From: Fonticula alba ATCC 38817
Lineage: Eukaryota > Protista > Nucleariida
Reading direction: 5' to 3' (one strand)
Assembly: GCA_000388065.2 (NCBI GenBank)
Contig: KB932219.1
DNA: 27,921 nt
This document shows positions 10,242 through 21,500 of this stretch, one piece after another; positions within the stretch are counted from its first letter, which is position 1; each line of letters begins with the position of its first letter. A model generated the notes under the pieces. That model was not told the origin of the DNA. It saw only the letters and a list, made by a program, of their open reading frames with translations, and made no database searches. Made by a program: the position numbers and the translations under genes.

Positions 10242-10314
10242 TTCCCATACCGGGACTCGAACCCGGGTCTCGTGGGTGAGAGCCACGTATCCTAACCACC
10301 TAGACTATATGGGA
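10242..10314 (-). tRNA. tRNA-Glu(CTC): tRNA-Glu (anticodon CTC)
   Basis: Reverse complement is TCCCATATAGTCTAGGTGGTTAGGATACGTGGCTCTCACCCACGAGACCCGGGTTCGAGTCCCGGTATGGGAA (73 nt). Acceptor stem TCCCATA/TATGGGA, anticodon stem CGTGG/CCACG, loop CT-CTC-AC (anticodon at 10278-10280) and B box GGTTCGAGTCC. Confidence 0.97.
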
Positions 10315-10810
10315 GTCATGGGTAACCTCGGGGAGGGCGTGGCTTTTGTACCCTTGCCGAGCGGCCTTGGATCCGGTCCATGCACCTGGGCGTGGAGACC
10401 CGCGGGAGGCGGTGCCCTGCGGGGAGATCGCCCATGTGCATGGATGGGGGGGGGGGGAGGCGGGGGGGAGTCCGAAGCCGGCCGCCGTGGACGCGCGACC
10501 CGACGCCCAGCCGGCCCCTCCCTTGGCCGACGGACATCGGGGAATGAGACGGACCCCGAGGGCCTGGTGGCGGGGGAATGTCGCGCGGAGGGGCGAAAGA
10601 CGCCCCTGGGGGAAGAGGGAGGCCGAGCCACGGCGGCCGGTGGACGTGCCTGGCCTCATCCGAAAGGGGGACCCGGACGGCGGCGACATGCATCATGATG
10701 ACCCCACCGCGGCGGAGAGGCGGCGGCGGGTGCGACAGAGAGCAGGGAAGCCGAGCCTCAGGCTGGGGGTGTGGGAGGGGACCCGGCCAAGTGCTCGACG
10801 CCGCGGCCGA

Positions 10811-10826
10811 GGGGGGGGGGGGGGGG

Positions 10827-10885
<59 letters not shown>

Positions 10886-10939
10886 NNNNNNNNNNNNNNN
10901 NNNNNNNNNNNNNNNNNNNNNNGGAGGGGGGGGGGGGGG
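10811..10939. repeat. Poly-G tract spanning N-gap 10886-10922
   Basis: Seen directly. Confidence 0.9.
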
Positions 10940-12379
10940 CCAGGCAGTCTGGCGCGGAGGGCCATCGGATCGGGCAGGGCGATGGCAGAGCATGGCGGGG
11001 GAGGAGTACGGCGCCGCAGCACGGACAGACACACACGCGCGCGCGCGCGCAGCCCCACTGAGCACTGGGCAGACCCACGGCTGGGAGCCTGCAGGGCACA
11101 GATGTGGACCGAGCCCACTCGGGACCCAGGACGGGAGGAGGAGATGGCCACTGTGATCATGTCCTCGCATGCGCGGGGGGCCCGCTGGCGCAATGGCCCG
11201 GATGGGCGGCGACTCGGAGGCAGTGTCGAGCCGCGGGGGGGGGGGGGGGGGCAGGTGGCCTCGGCGATCCTCCGTCGGCGGGCATGCCATCACGCAAGCA
11301 CGGCACGGCGCCTGGCCGCCAGACCGAGGAAGAGCCCCCCGGCAGGACACGCGGCCGGAGGGGATGCCGCTATGAGGCATGCGCGGGCTCCAGCGCGGCA
11401 GGCCCAGCACCATGCCTCAGCAAGAACCCAACCGTGTGGCCCGATGCGCGTGTAGTGGGCGGCCCGGGGCCAGGCCAGGAGCACGAAGGCCCCGGGGGAG
11501 GCCGGGACCGGACCTGGGCCACCGGTGCGGGAGCTCCGGATGCCGGAGGAGAGACACATCGCGCGGGGGGCGGGTCTCGTGGTCGCGAAGGCCACGTCCA
11601 GTCGGCCGGCTCGCCATGAGCCCGGCGGAGGGGCCTCCACCAGGGAATTCGGGGGCCGAGGTGGAAAGGGCCGCCCGGGGGAGGAAGTCCCATGCTGCTC
11701 GCGTGGGCACTGGCCGACCATGCCCACGCACACACACGGCCAGTCGGGGCTTTGGCCTTCGCGGAATGGCGCGTCGGGTGCCCGCCCTGGGACCTGCCGG
11801 CCTCGATCGCGGGCCCGGGCCCAAGATCCCCCCCCCCGGCCCGCGCGCCCACTGTTCGTGTACTGGCATCTGCGGCGGCAGCCCGCCGAAGCGCGATCCC
11901 GGCGGGCGGGGGGGGGGGGGGAGCGGATGCCACCCGGGGAGGACCTCCAACGGTGACACGCCAGGCTGTGCCCTGGGGGCGCGAAGGAGGGAGGAGAGGG
12001 AATGTTTCGCCGTGCTTGCTCGAGGTTGGCGGACGAGGGCTGCCGCTGGTCGAGGCGCGGAGGGAGGCATGGGCTTTCGGTGGCCGGCACATCGGGGGCG
12101 GGGGCAGGGCCACAAGAGGCCGCGCCTCCATCGGGGCAATGTGCCGGGGGCCGGTGATGATGCGCGCGCCCAAGGACCCGGGGATGGGCCTTCCCATGTG
12201 TCGCGTCAAGAGTGTGTGTGGGAGAGAGAGGTGCGAGTGCCCGCGAGAGCACCCGTGTTTGGTGGCCGCGGCGAGGCCAGGCAAGGTCCGATCGGCAGGC
12301 CGGGGGGACAGCTGCATGAGCACACCGTATGTGCGCGCGCTGCTCCGTCAAGCCGGGTGACCTGGGCGTGGTGCTGCCC

Positions 12380-12459
12380 GGGGGGGGGGGGGGGGGGGGN
12401 NNNNNNNNNNNNNNNNNNNNNNNNNNNNNNNNNNNNNNNNNNNNNNNNNNNNNNNNNNN

Positions 12460-12533
<74 letters not shown>
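12380..12533. repeat. Poly-G tract spanning N-gap 12400-12459
   Basis: Seen directly. Confidence 0.9.
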
Positions 12534-14955
12534 CTCCATCCGGCCAACAGCACCGGGCCGCGCCAGTGCCCAGCAGGCAGGAGCCGATTGGCCGCCATCC
12601 CATCGCAGGCGGTGGCACGTTGTCGCGGGTTTTGTCTGAGGGTCGCCACAGGCCGAGGCCCGAGGCTGGCGGGCCGGAAGATGCCAGGAAGGGCGGCCAC
12701 AAGGGCGACCGTCGAGAATGCCGCCTGCCTGCCTGCTTGCGTGGGGGCCCGGTGGCACCCGGGGAGGGAGGAGCGGCCGAGGCAACGACTTGCGCGCTTG
12801 CCACTGCCCCCCCCTCCCCCGTGCTGGGGCAAGCAAATGTCAGCCCCCCGGCCGCCAGGGCCCGCAGACCGGATGACGCCCATGTGCGAGCCGTCGGGGC
12901 CCGGAAGGGGGATCCGGCCGTCGGGTGACGGGGCACGGCGGCTCGAGTGGCCCGTGGGATGGGCAGCGCGCCGGGTCATCAAGGACGCGAGTCCAGGCTA
13001 GGACGCGAAGCAGCAAGCATAACGGATGGATGGATGAATGTGGGGGGGAGGGGGGAGGAAGGTGCGGGATGTTCCACCCCCGGGCTGGGACCACGGCGGA
13101 GGCGGGTCACTTGTAGGGGGGGGGGGGCGGGCGAGCAAGTGTGTGTGTGCGACCGGCTGCCGTCCTCGCTCCCGGCAGAACCGGCCAGGTGCCACCGGAT
13201 GCTGCCGCCGCACGGTGTCCCAGGCGGCCGATTGTTCTTGGGGGACGCCCCGCCGCGCTGGTTTCCCGCCCCCCGGGGGGGGCGGGCGCGCCCGGCCGGG
13301 GCCGGGCTCTCTCCGGCCCTGCGGGTGGCGGCCCGCGAGTTGGAGCCCTTCTCTCGATGCGGGGCCACGGCCAAGTGCGAGCGCGCCTGCGTCTGAACGT
13401 CCGGCCAGCTGCACATCCTCCACCTCCCTCCCTTTGTCGTTCCCCCCTCCCCAACTTCCTCCTTGACCGTCTCCGACAGTGATGCTGACCGGGCAAGTCC
13501 TGCGCCTGCCGGGCTCGCCGGCTCGACGGAGCTGGTCTCTCCCCGGCCGCTGGGCATGTGCATGCGACTGCGGCCGAGCCCAACGCCCCGATGAGGATGT
13601 CGCTGCCGCATGTACGGGCATTCTCCTCGGCCGCTGGAAGCACCGCCACCGCGGCGGCCGACCCCCGCGCGCTGGCCAGCTACGACACCGAGCGTGCCGG
13701 GGGGCGCCTCTGCCGGGCCATCGCGGCCCGGGGGGCGCCCCTGCCGCATGGGGTTCGATGATGCGGCCGGCCTGCGGACAGGCATCGGGAGGATTTCCCC
13801 CCTGGCGGGGCTGGGCATTCCCGGCCGATTGCCGGGGATCGATCGGACATCGGTGCAAGGTCTGGTGATTGGTTGCGGCCGGGCGCTGGGCCCTCCCCCG
13901 GCCTGGCGACCGCGACATGCCCCACGGGAAGGGCGCTGGTCTCTGGGCATCTGGTGCTGGAGGATATGGGGAGCCCAGTTCGGCGGAACCCGCCGGTGCT
14001 GGTGGCCGCTCTACACCGACTCGTAGGCCTGCCGGCGAAGCAGCCCCCCGGCCCGCTGGGGGAGCATGCGCCGGGGATGTTGGCCAGGCCGGCACGGGGT
14101 CGGAACGTGCGCCTTGGCCGGCTGGGGCGCCTGCTGTTCGTGAGGCCTCCCTTGTCTAGGCCGACAAGCGCCACGCTCCTTTCGACCTGCCTGATGTCCG
14201 GCTTGGCGGCCACCAGCAAGCGTCCTCCCCCCCCCCCCCGGGGCATGAGGATATGTTGGTGTTTCAAATGTCGGCCGGACGGTCGGGAGCACTGCGGGCC
14301 GCATTGACCGCCAGGCTGCCGGGCCCACCGGCGGTCTCGGCGGCGACAATCCAGAGCTAGGCAAATGTGGATGGTGGCACCTTCGCGCCCTGGACGGACC
14401 GCACCCATGGCCGGGACATGTCATCCGTTCGCGCGCGCGCGCGCGGAGGGAGGAGGGAGCTGTCGCAGGCGAAGGTGGGCCAAATGCGGGCGCCCTTGCA
14501 GGAGCGCCGCCACAGCGTACGGGACACGGTCGGGCACCCCGGGCATGCCGACCCCGCCTGTGCATCAGGTGCCACGAACTGGGGGTGGTGCTGTCCGGCG
14601 CCGATCGGCGGCCAGCGCGGTACCTCACCCGGCCAGCGGCCCTCGGGAGCCTGATGCTGGCCAAGCGCAAGCGGGCGGTGCGATGGCCGGCCCGTTGGCG
14701 GCCCGGCGGCACACTTGCGGATGTTGCCACCGACGTCGAGGCAGGCCCTGGAGGCCCAGGCGCAAGGTCTGCTCGGCCCGCGCCCCACGCTGACTGCGAG
14801 TGAAATGTCTGAGCCAGTTGGCGCATACCCAGGCAAGCTGTCGCAGGGGCTCTCCCTCTCTCGACATTCCAACGGCCAGAGGGCTTTCGGGATCCACGGC
14901 CGGGCCCTCAAAAGTGCGCCCGCCCGGCCGGTGCGTGCGCCTCGCGGTGCGGGAA

Positions 14956-15147
14956 ATGGCCGTCGAGATGGGCCGGCGCCTGGACGTGCTGTATGGCATG
15001 CTGCGCCGGCATTCGCCGGGGCACTTCTTCCTGGCGCTGGTTCCGGAGGCCGGGTCCGGCCCGGAGGGGGCGGGGGAGATGTACCTACCGGTGGAGGAGC
15101 TGGCTGACTTGCTGGAGGTGGACCTGGGCTGCATCCTGCCGCAGCTG
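14956..15147 (+). CDS. Possible coding exon of an unidentified or decayed gene
   Basis: MAVEMGRRLDVLYGMLRRHSPGHFFLALVPEAGSGPEGAGEMYLPVEELADLLEVDLGCILPQL has GC3-rich codons and globular composition, and is followed by a phase-0 GTGAGC donor-like site at 15148. No family recognised and both ends are uncertain. Confidence 0.35.
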
Positions 15148-15450
15148 GTGAGCTCCGCGCCCCGGCGGCCGGGCAGCCGGTGTATGGCCCCGCACTTCGC
15201 GCGGCACCCGGCCTGGCGAGCCTGGAATGGGTGATGGCTGCATATCCTGACACATTTATCATTGAATTGTGTGCTGTTGCGGCTGGTTGGGTGTTTTGTA
15301 TTGGTGTCATGCCCTTTTGCCTTGGGCCGATGTGCAACCACAGACACAGCGGTCCGGTGCAGGGGGCCTTACTCTGTATCCGGACGGGGGGGAGGGGGGG
15401 CTACCGTTGCAGCTTTGGCCTCGGGTGTGTGTGGCTCGCATAAGGTGATG

Positions 15451-15542
15451 GCTCTCTCTTCCTCTCTCTCTTTCTCTCTCTCTCTCCCTCTCTCTCTCTT
15501 TCTCTCTCTCTCTCTCTTTCTCTTTCTTGCTCTCTCTCTCTC
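15451..15542. repeat. Imperfect (CT)n microsatellite
   Basis: Seen directly. Confidence 0.95.
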
Positions 15543-18500
15543 CGTGTGTCTCCCTCGCGACTGCCGGCGGCCGACACTCCTCCCTCGGGACATGCATGAC
15601 ATCGGCGGCACGAAGGACGTATGTGTGTGTGCGGGCGGCGGGCCTCCCGAGGGCCTTTTGCGCCGCCACTTGCCATCTCCGCCGGGCCTTGGCCGGTGCC
15701 TGTCGGACCCTGAGGCCCGAGGCATGCTCCGCATCACCCACGAGCATGCTTCTCGCCGACCATGCAACAGCTGTGTGGGCGACTGCCGGCCCCTGCGGCG
15801 CGCGGTCCTGGTGACGCGGCCTTCCGGGGGCGGGGGGGACGCATACAAAAGGCCTTTCCCGGATCGTCCCGGGGGACTCAAGGCCCCTTGTGGCTGGGCG
15901 TGCGCGCGGATCGCCCTCGGCCCGCGGTGCAGGCCAGTCCTGGGACCATCGCCGCCGGCCCAGCCTGCCAGGCTTGCGCGGGCCCCTCTCGGCGGACAAG
16001 CATGCCGCCTGGGCCCTCCCTCCTTGCCTTCTGCGGGCCAGTGGGCGAGCCAGCCGGCCACGATGGGCACTGGTGTCGCATGCATAAAAGGCGGGTCCAA
16101 GACATTGTGCGCCGGTGCCTGGAGCCAAAAAAAAATGTCCTTGGCGCAGCCTCCCGGTCGAGGGGAGGTGCGGGACTTTGCCGAGCGCGCCGCGATGCGT
16201 CGCACGGGGCAGCCCCTGTGGGCGGGCATGTGTTTGCCCTCCGCCGGAGGGGGGGGGGTCGCTCGGCGTGATGCAGTGCCGCGGCATGCCCATCGGTGGA
16301 TCGTGCGTCTGTCTGCTTGGGCCCCGCAGCACCGCGTGTGGCTCCGCGCCAGCAGGTCCCCACGGCGGACCGGGCCCAGCCCCGGGGGGGCAGGGCCTGC
16401 GCGTTGAAGATGCGGTCGGCAATGGCGCCCGGGCCTCTTCATGGCCCTGTTCCGGGCGCGGGCCTCCCTCACCGGGCGGGCTGCATGGAAGCGGGCCCCG
16501 AGCCTACGGTGCGGGTGGGCCATGTGCTCTTGTGCCGCCCCACGTTGGGGTCTGGCGCTGCCGGCGGCATGTGGCGTGCCAGCGGGACGCAGGAGGATGG
16601 CGAGCCAGCCGGCGCGAGGGCCACGGGCGGCCGGTGCGCCGGATGGCCAGGGGGAGGGGGTGCTGGCCGAGGAGAAGACAGGGGTGTCCTTTTGGCGCGC
16701 GAGAAGCGGCACGGGCGACATGGACAGCGGCCTCCCCGGTGCCGGTACTGCGGCATGTGCACGGGCGACCTTCACGAGGTGGCCCGCGCGATGGCGGGCG
16801 AGCCGGAACGCCGGCATGGGCGGCCGCGAGGGCAGCGCCAGCAGCTGCTGGCACAGTGCCGGGCCGATGGCCCCCGGCCCGTTCCTCTGGCAGCCGGCCG
16901 GGCTGAGGCCGGTCGAGGCAAGTGTGAGCGGCTCGGCGCGCGGACAGGCACCGCCCGGGCGCCCTTGCCCCGGTCCCTGGTCGGCGATTTGCCCTCCCTG
17001 GCTGGACGCCACGGCGGCAGACACCCAGCGGGGCCGTGCACCCGCCGAGGATCCGCCATGGCACCACGGCCATGCATTCGGCACGCGCGCGCGACTCCCC
17101 GCGGTGGTATGGGTCCCATGCCCGGGGCCGGCATGCCCTCCGAAGGGGGCCGGGGCCTGGCACTGGCAGGCACCGGGGGCTCGAGGTGCGGCCCTGCTCG
17201 GCCCTGCACGACGCATACCCCCGGGCTTGGACGTGCTCATGGCCATGGGGGCCTGTGCCCGGGGCGGCCACCGAGTCCGTCGCGCACCGGCCAGCCGTGT
17301 GCTGCCTCCTCAAGGCCAATGCCGAGAGGCTCGGGCCTGAGCCGACCGCCGGACGTGACGACCCGGTGGCTGGCCCGTGTCTTTGCCCAGCGGGGCGTGA
17401 AACGAGAAAGGCCCCCGTACGCGCCACGCCCAGGGAGCGTCTTGCGGGGTACGCTCATCACCCTGCGGTGCCAGCGTGTTGGCGGAGGCCGGGGGCAGGA
17501 GGGACCTCCGACCGCTCCACCGTGGGCGCTTCCCGGGGGCGGGGCCGGCAGGCGCGAAGCCTTGCACGCCAGGCACATGCCGTGCGCCGCGGCACCAGCC
17601 AGCGGGCCATGCTGCTGCGCGCTCGGCTCCGGGGGAGGGTGTCCCCCTGCCCGATGTGCGCCGCCCGCCGACAGACGGGCGCCGATGAGGCGGCCGATTG
17701 GGCAAGGCACCCGCCACGGGGAGAAGCTCGAGCGGCCTTGTCGGCGGGCGTGCATGCCGGAGCCGAGGGGGACGGGCGAGCGGGCCCATGGCCAATGACC
17801 CGGGCGGTGGCGGCGGCGGGAGGCGGGGGGGGGGGTGCTCCTGGCGAGTGGGGGGAGGCGCCGAAAGGGCGACCGCGTGAGCAAGCCCGCCCGGGGCAGT
17901 CCGTGCTGGCGCGCCCGGCCTCCGCGCCTCGTGTGTCGGGCGCGGGCATGTTACAAACAAGCGCGGGCCGTGTCGCTTTTCGTGCAGGCCCATGGGCGGC
18001 CTGCCGGGCCGCTGAGCCCCGTGCGATGGATGGCTCCCAGGCCGGGCGCAGGGGCCCGTGCTAGCGGGCCGGGATCAGCCGCTGGCGGCCGGCTTGCCTG
18101 TGCCGTCGGCAAGCGCCGCGGCGGCAGCACTCGCGGGCGCCGAGACGCCGATGGCGCATTGCCATGTGTATGTGGCGCCCCGAGCAGATCGGCCCTGCTC
18201 CCTGTTCGGCTTTTCGCAGGGGGCATCCGGGCTGGGGAGGTGCCGCCGAGCCAGTGCGGCGGCTGGACTGCGCCCCCACGGGCCGGCTGGGGATACGCGC
18301 GCGTGTAGCCCGGCGGCTCGCCGCGTATCGGGCCCGTGGTGCGGCCCGTTGGCCAGGTGTGCTGCTTGCCCTGGCAGCCGGGGGCGCGGGTGTATTTGCA
18401 ACCGGCGGCGTGGACCTCGCCCGGGCGCGCAAGGCGGAGGCCATCTCGCCGGGCGTGCTGGGTGGTCGAGGCTGACTCGGAGCGAGCGTCGGGGTCGGTG

Positions 18501-21500
18501 TGTCGCGCTGGGCCGCGGCCCCGGCGAATCGGGCCCCGGGGGTGTGGGCATGGGCGGAGGCCGTGTGCGCCGCTGGGCGCGGCGCACCTGCCGGGCAGTG
18601 GAAGGCGTGCCGGAACGCCGACGCGCCGAGTGTAGCTGGCGCACACGTTCCAACGTGGGGTCCGCTGCGGCGGTCGCGGGGGGGCGGGCGGAGCGACCTC
18701 GCCGCCTCGCCGCAGGCGCCCGAAGGCCGAGGGCTTGGGGCTGTGCCAGGCCACGGCTGGGCTCCCCACTGCCCCTGCCGGTCCTGGCTCGGGGGGGCCA
18801 TCATCCGGCGGATCGGGGAAGGGGGCGACGTCAAGACGCATGGCCGGCGGCTTGCCAGGGGCCGGTGCTTTGTTGTGTGTCCGCGTGTGCATGCGTGCAG
18901 GTGGACCTGCGTAGGCAAGCAGTGTGGATGACGGATGTGGCTCTGAGGCGGGGCGGGGTGCCACGGTTGCGACGGCCATCGGCGGGCGGAGGTGGCTGGT
19001 GCCCTGCCCCGGCGGCAGGCCCGGCAAGCGGGACAGCTGGCCAGCGGCGGGGCCCGGCACAGCCACCCATGGCCGGCGGGCCCGAACAGCCAGCCATAGC
19101 CGGCCCCGGGGGGGGGCAGCGACGCACGTCGACGGGAGCCCGATGCGATGCCGGCCCGGGGCTTGGGGAGTTTCTCCACGGCCGGCGGCCGCCGAACGGG
19201 CCGGAACGCGCGGCCCAACTCGGGCATCCCCGCCTCCCGGCAAATCGTTGAGGTCCCCCATGAGATTGCCATTTGTCTTTCTTGTCAATGTGAGCAGCAC
19301 GCTGGTAGGGATAGATCGTGTGCAGAGAACGAGAAGGAGGGGAATCGAAGGGGCTGATCTGGAATGGCGAGGGGCGTGCGCGGTTCCGCTCGGCCTCCGG
19401 GAGCGTGGCAGACATCGGTCCTTCTCTCGGGCCGGAGCCGACGCCCCTGCAGGTGCTGCTGGCTGGGCACGCACGCCGGCCAATCAAGACACCTTCCCAC
19501 GCCGCACGCGTCGTCCCGGGGTATAGTTTGCGAGTGACGCCCCATCATCGGCGACGCGGGGCCCGCGTGTCGAGGCCGGTGGGGGGGGGGACGCGCGCAT
19601 GCGTGCGGCGGCCTTGGGCCCGCCCTCTGCCCAAGCCCGAGGTCAGGGAGGGGCCTCCCCCCTCGGGCGCGTAGGATGAAGCTCTTGGCCGCGGCCCGTG
19701 CCGGGCAGTGTGCGCAAGTGTCCCTGGAGCCCCCGGTCCCGCCGGCGGACACCTGCCATGGTGTTCCTCCGCGAGTCCGCCTTTGTTGTGCTTTGCCCTT
19801 TGCCTGCCCGCTTCCTGGCCCCAGGCCGAGCCATGGTGCGCCCACCCCCCTCCGGCCGCCGAGAGCGGTCCCCAGCCGGCAGCAAGATGCCCGGGCATGC
19901 TTCCGTCCGAGCCCCGCTCCTTGGGCGTGCCACGGGATTGGTAGCAGCGACCGGGGGAGGGGGCTGACTCGGGCCTGCGGCGGCATTTGCCGTGGCCGAG
20001 TGACGGACCGCCGCACGGGCTGCTGTACGCGCGTCGCGAGCGCGTGGCTCCCCCCCCCCCCCCCCCCCCGGCTGGTGATGGCCTTTTCCTTGGGGGCAGG
20101 CGGGACGAGACCACGGCCAAGGGGCCGTCGGTCTCCCGGGCCCGGCGGGCCCGGGGGCGGAGGGCGACGCGTGCGCGGTCCCCGGGGAGAGCGAAGGGGA
20201 CCGGGCTGCCCCGTGCGTCGAGTGCCCCTGGCTCGTCGGGAAACACACGACCGAGATTCCCCGCGCCCGCCGCGGTCATCGGCGCCATGGCCGTGCCGCT
20301 GCCGCGGGACCCCGGCTTTCCCCCCTCCCGCCGGTTATGGCTATGGGGCTGTGGGCATGACGAGAAGCGGCGGGCGCGAGGGACGGGGGGGGGGGCGGGC
20401 GGCGGGGGAAGAAGGCTGTGGGGTGCTCTACACTCCCGGGCACCGACCGCAGCGGAGGGGGCCCACTCGTGAGGGGGGGGGGGAGCAAGTGTGTGCACGT
20501 GTATGCTGGCGGCAGGCCGCTCTGCTTGGCCGGGGGCCGGGAGTGAAAGCCGGCCGCCCGGGCGGGGCGACACTGTAACTGGGCCCACACGGGCCAAGCC
20601 CAAGTCAAGGGGGTGAAGCTCGGCGAAGGATGCCAGTGTGATGTGTCACCCGGTCAGTGGGCTTCTGGCATAAGAGAGGGGACATACCGGGCAGCGGTTC
20701 ACGGTCGTCTGTGTCCACACGAGTCAGTCGCTCGGCTTGAAGGCGAGCTGGTGGCAGGCAACAATGGAGAACACTCGGCTGGTAAACAGGGGTTCGAGAG
20801 GGAGCCTTGGGACAGGTGCTCTCGTCGGCCTGACTGGTGCTTCAGCCATGCTGCTGTGTGCTCTTCGACACGCAGCTGCTTCCCTGTGGAGCTTTGGGCT
20901 CGGTCGGGCTTGGGACACTGGGAGTCCCGCGATTGGGCTCGCCCACTGGCGTATCTCCCTCCTCGGTCGGGTGTGCCTGCGCCGCTCGACCTCGGAGGCA
21001 CCGGGCCGCTGTCCTGCCACGCACTCCTCAGGGAGAACGCTGTTAAGAATATCATCCTCGCCCGATGACACTTGTGTTATGTAGCACAACGTGCTGTTTG
21101 GTTTATCGTTTCCAGGGGGATGCCACCACAGATGAACCGGTTATGCCGAGTGAAAGATGTGGGGGGTCATCTCAGAGACCTCGAGGCTGAGAGAGGCGGA
21201 TTGGGGATATCGAAAAGAAAGAATCCGCAGACCGAGGCGTAAGGCCTGGGGGGAAGACACCGGCGGCTTGTGTCCCCGAATCTGTAGCCGCATCATGTGA
21301 CGTATGTCACAACAAACGCAAATATGAAATGTGAGCCCAGAGACAGGGGCCCGGTCGGCGTGTATCACATGATGTGTCCCAGCTTCGGGAGGAGCCGGGC
21401 TCCATCCTTCCAGCATATTCTCGAACCTTCCGCCTCGCCGCGCGGTCCGTCCCTCGCCGAATCCGCCCTCCCGGTCCTGAGGCTGGTGGGATCACGCGTC

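Noticed and set aside
21296-21311. Perfect bacterial CRP-site lookalike TGTGA-N6-TCACA
   Set aside because: Eukaryotic context, no bacterial gene or promoter nearby, and a single post hoc match. Kept only as a dyad in the low-GC island.
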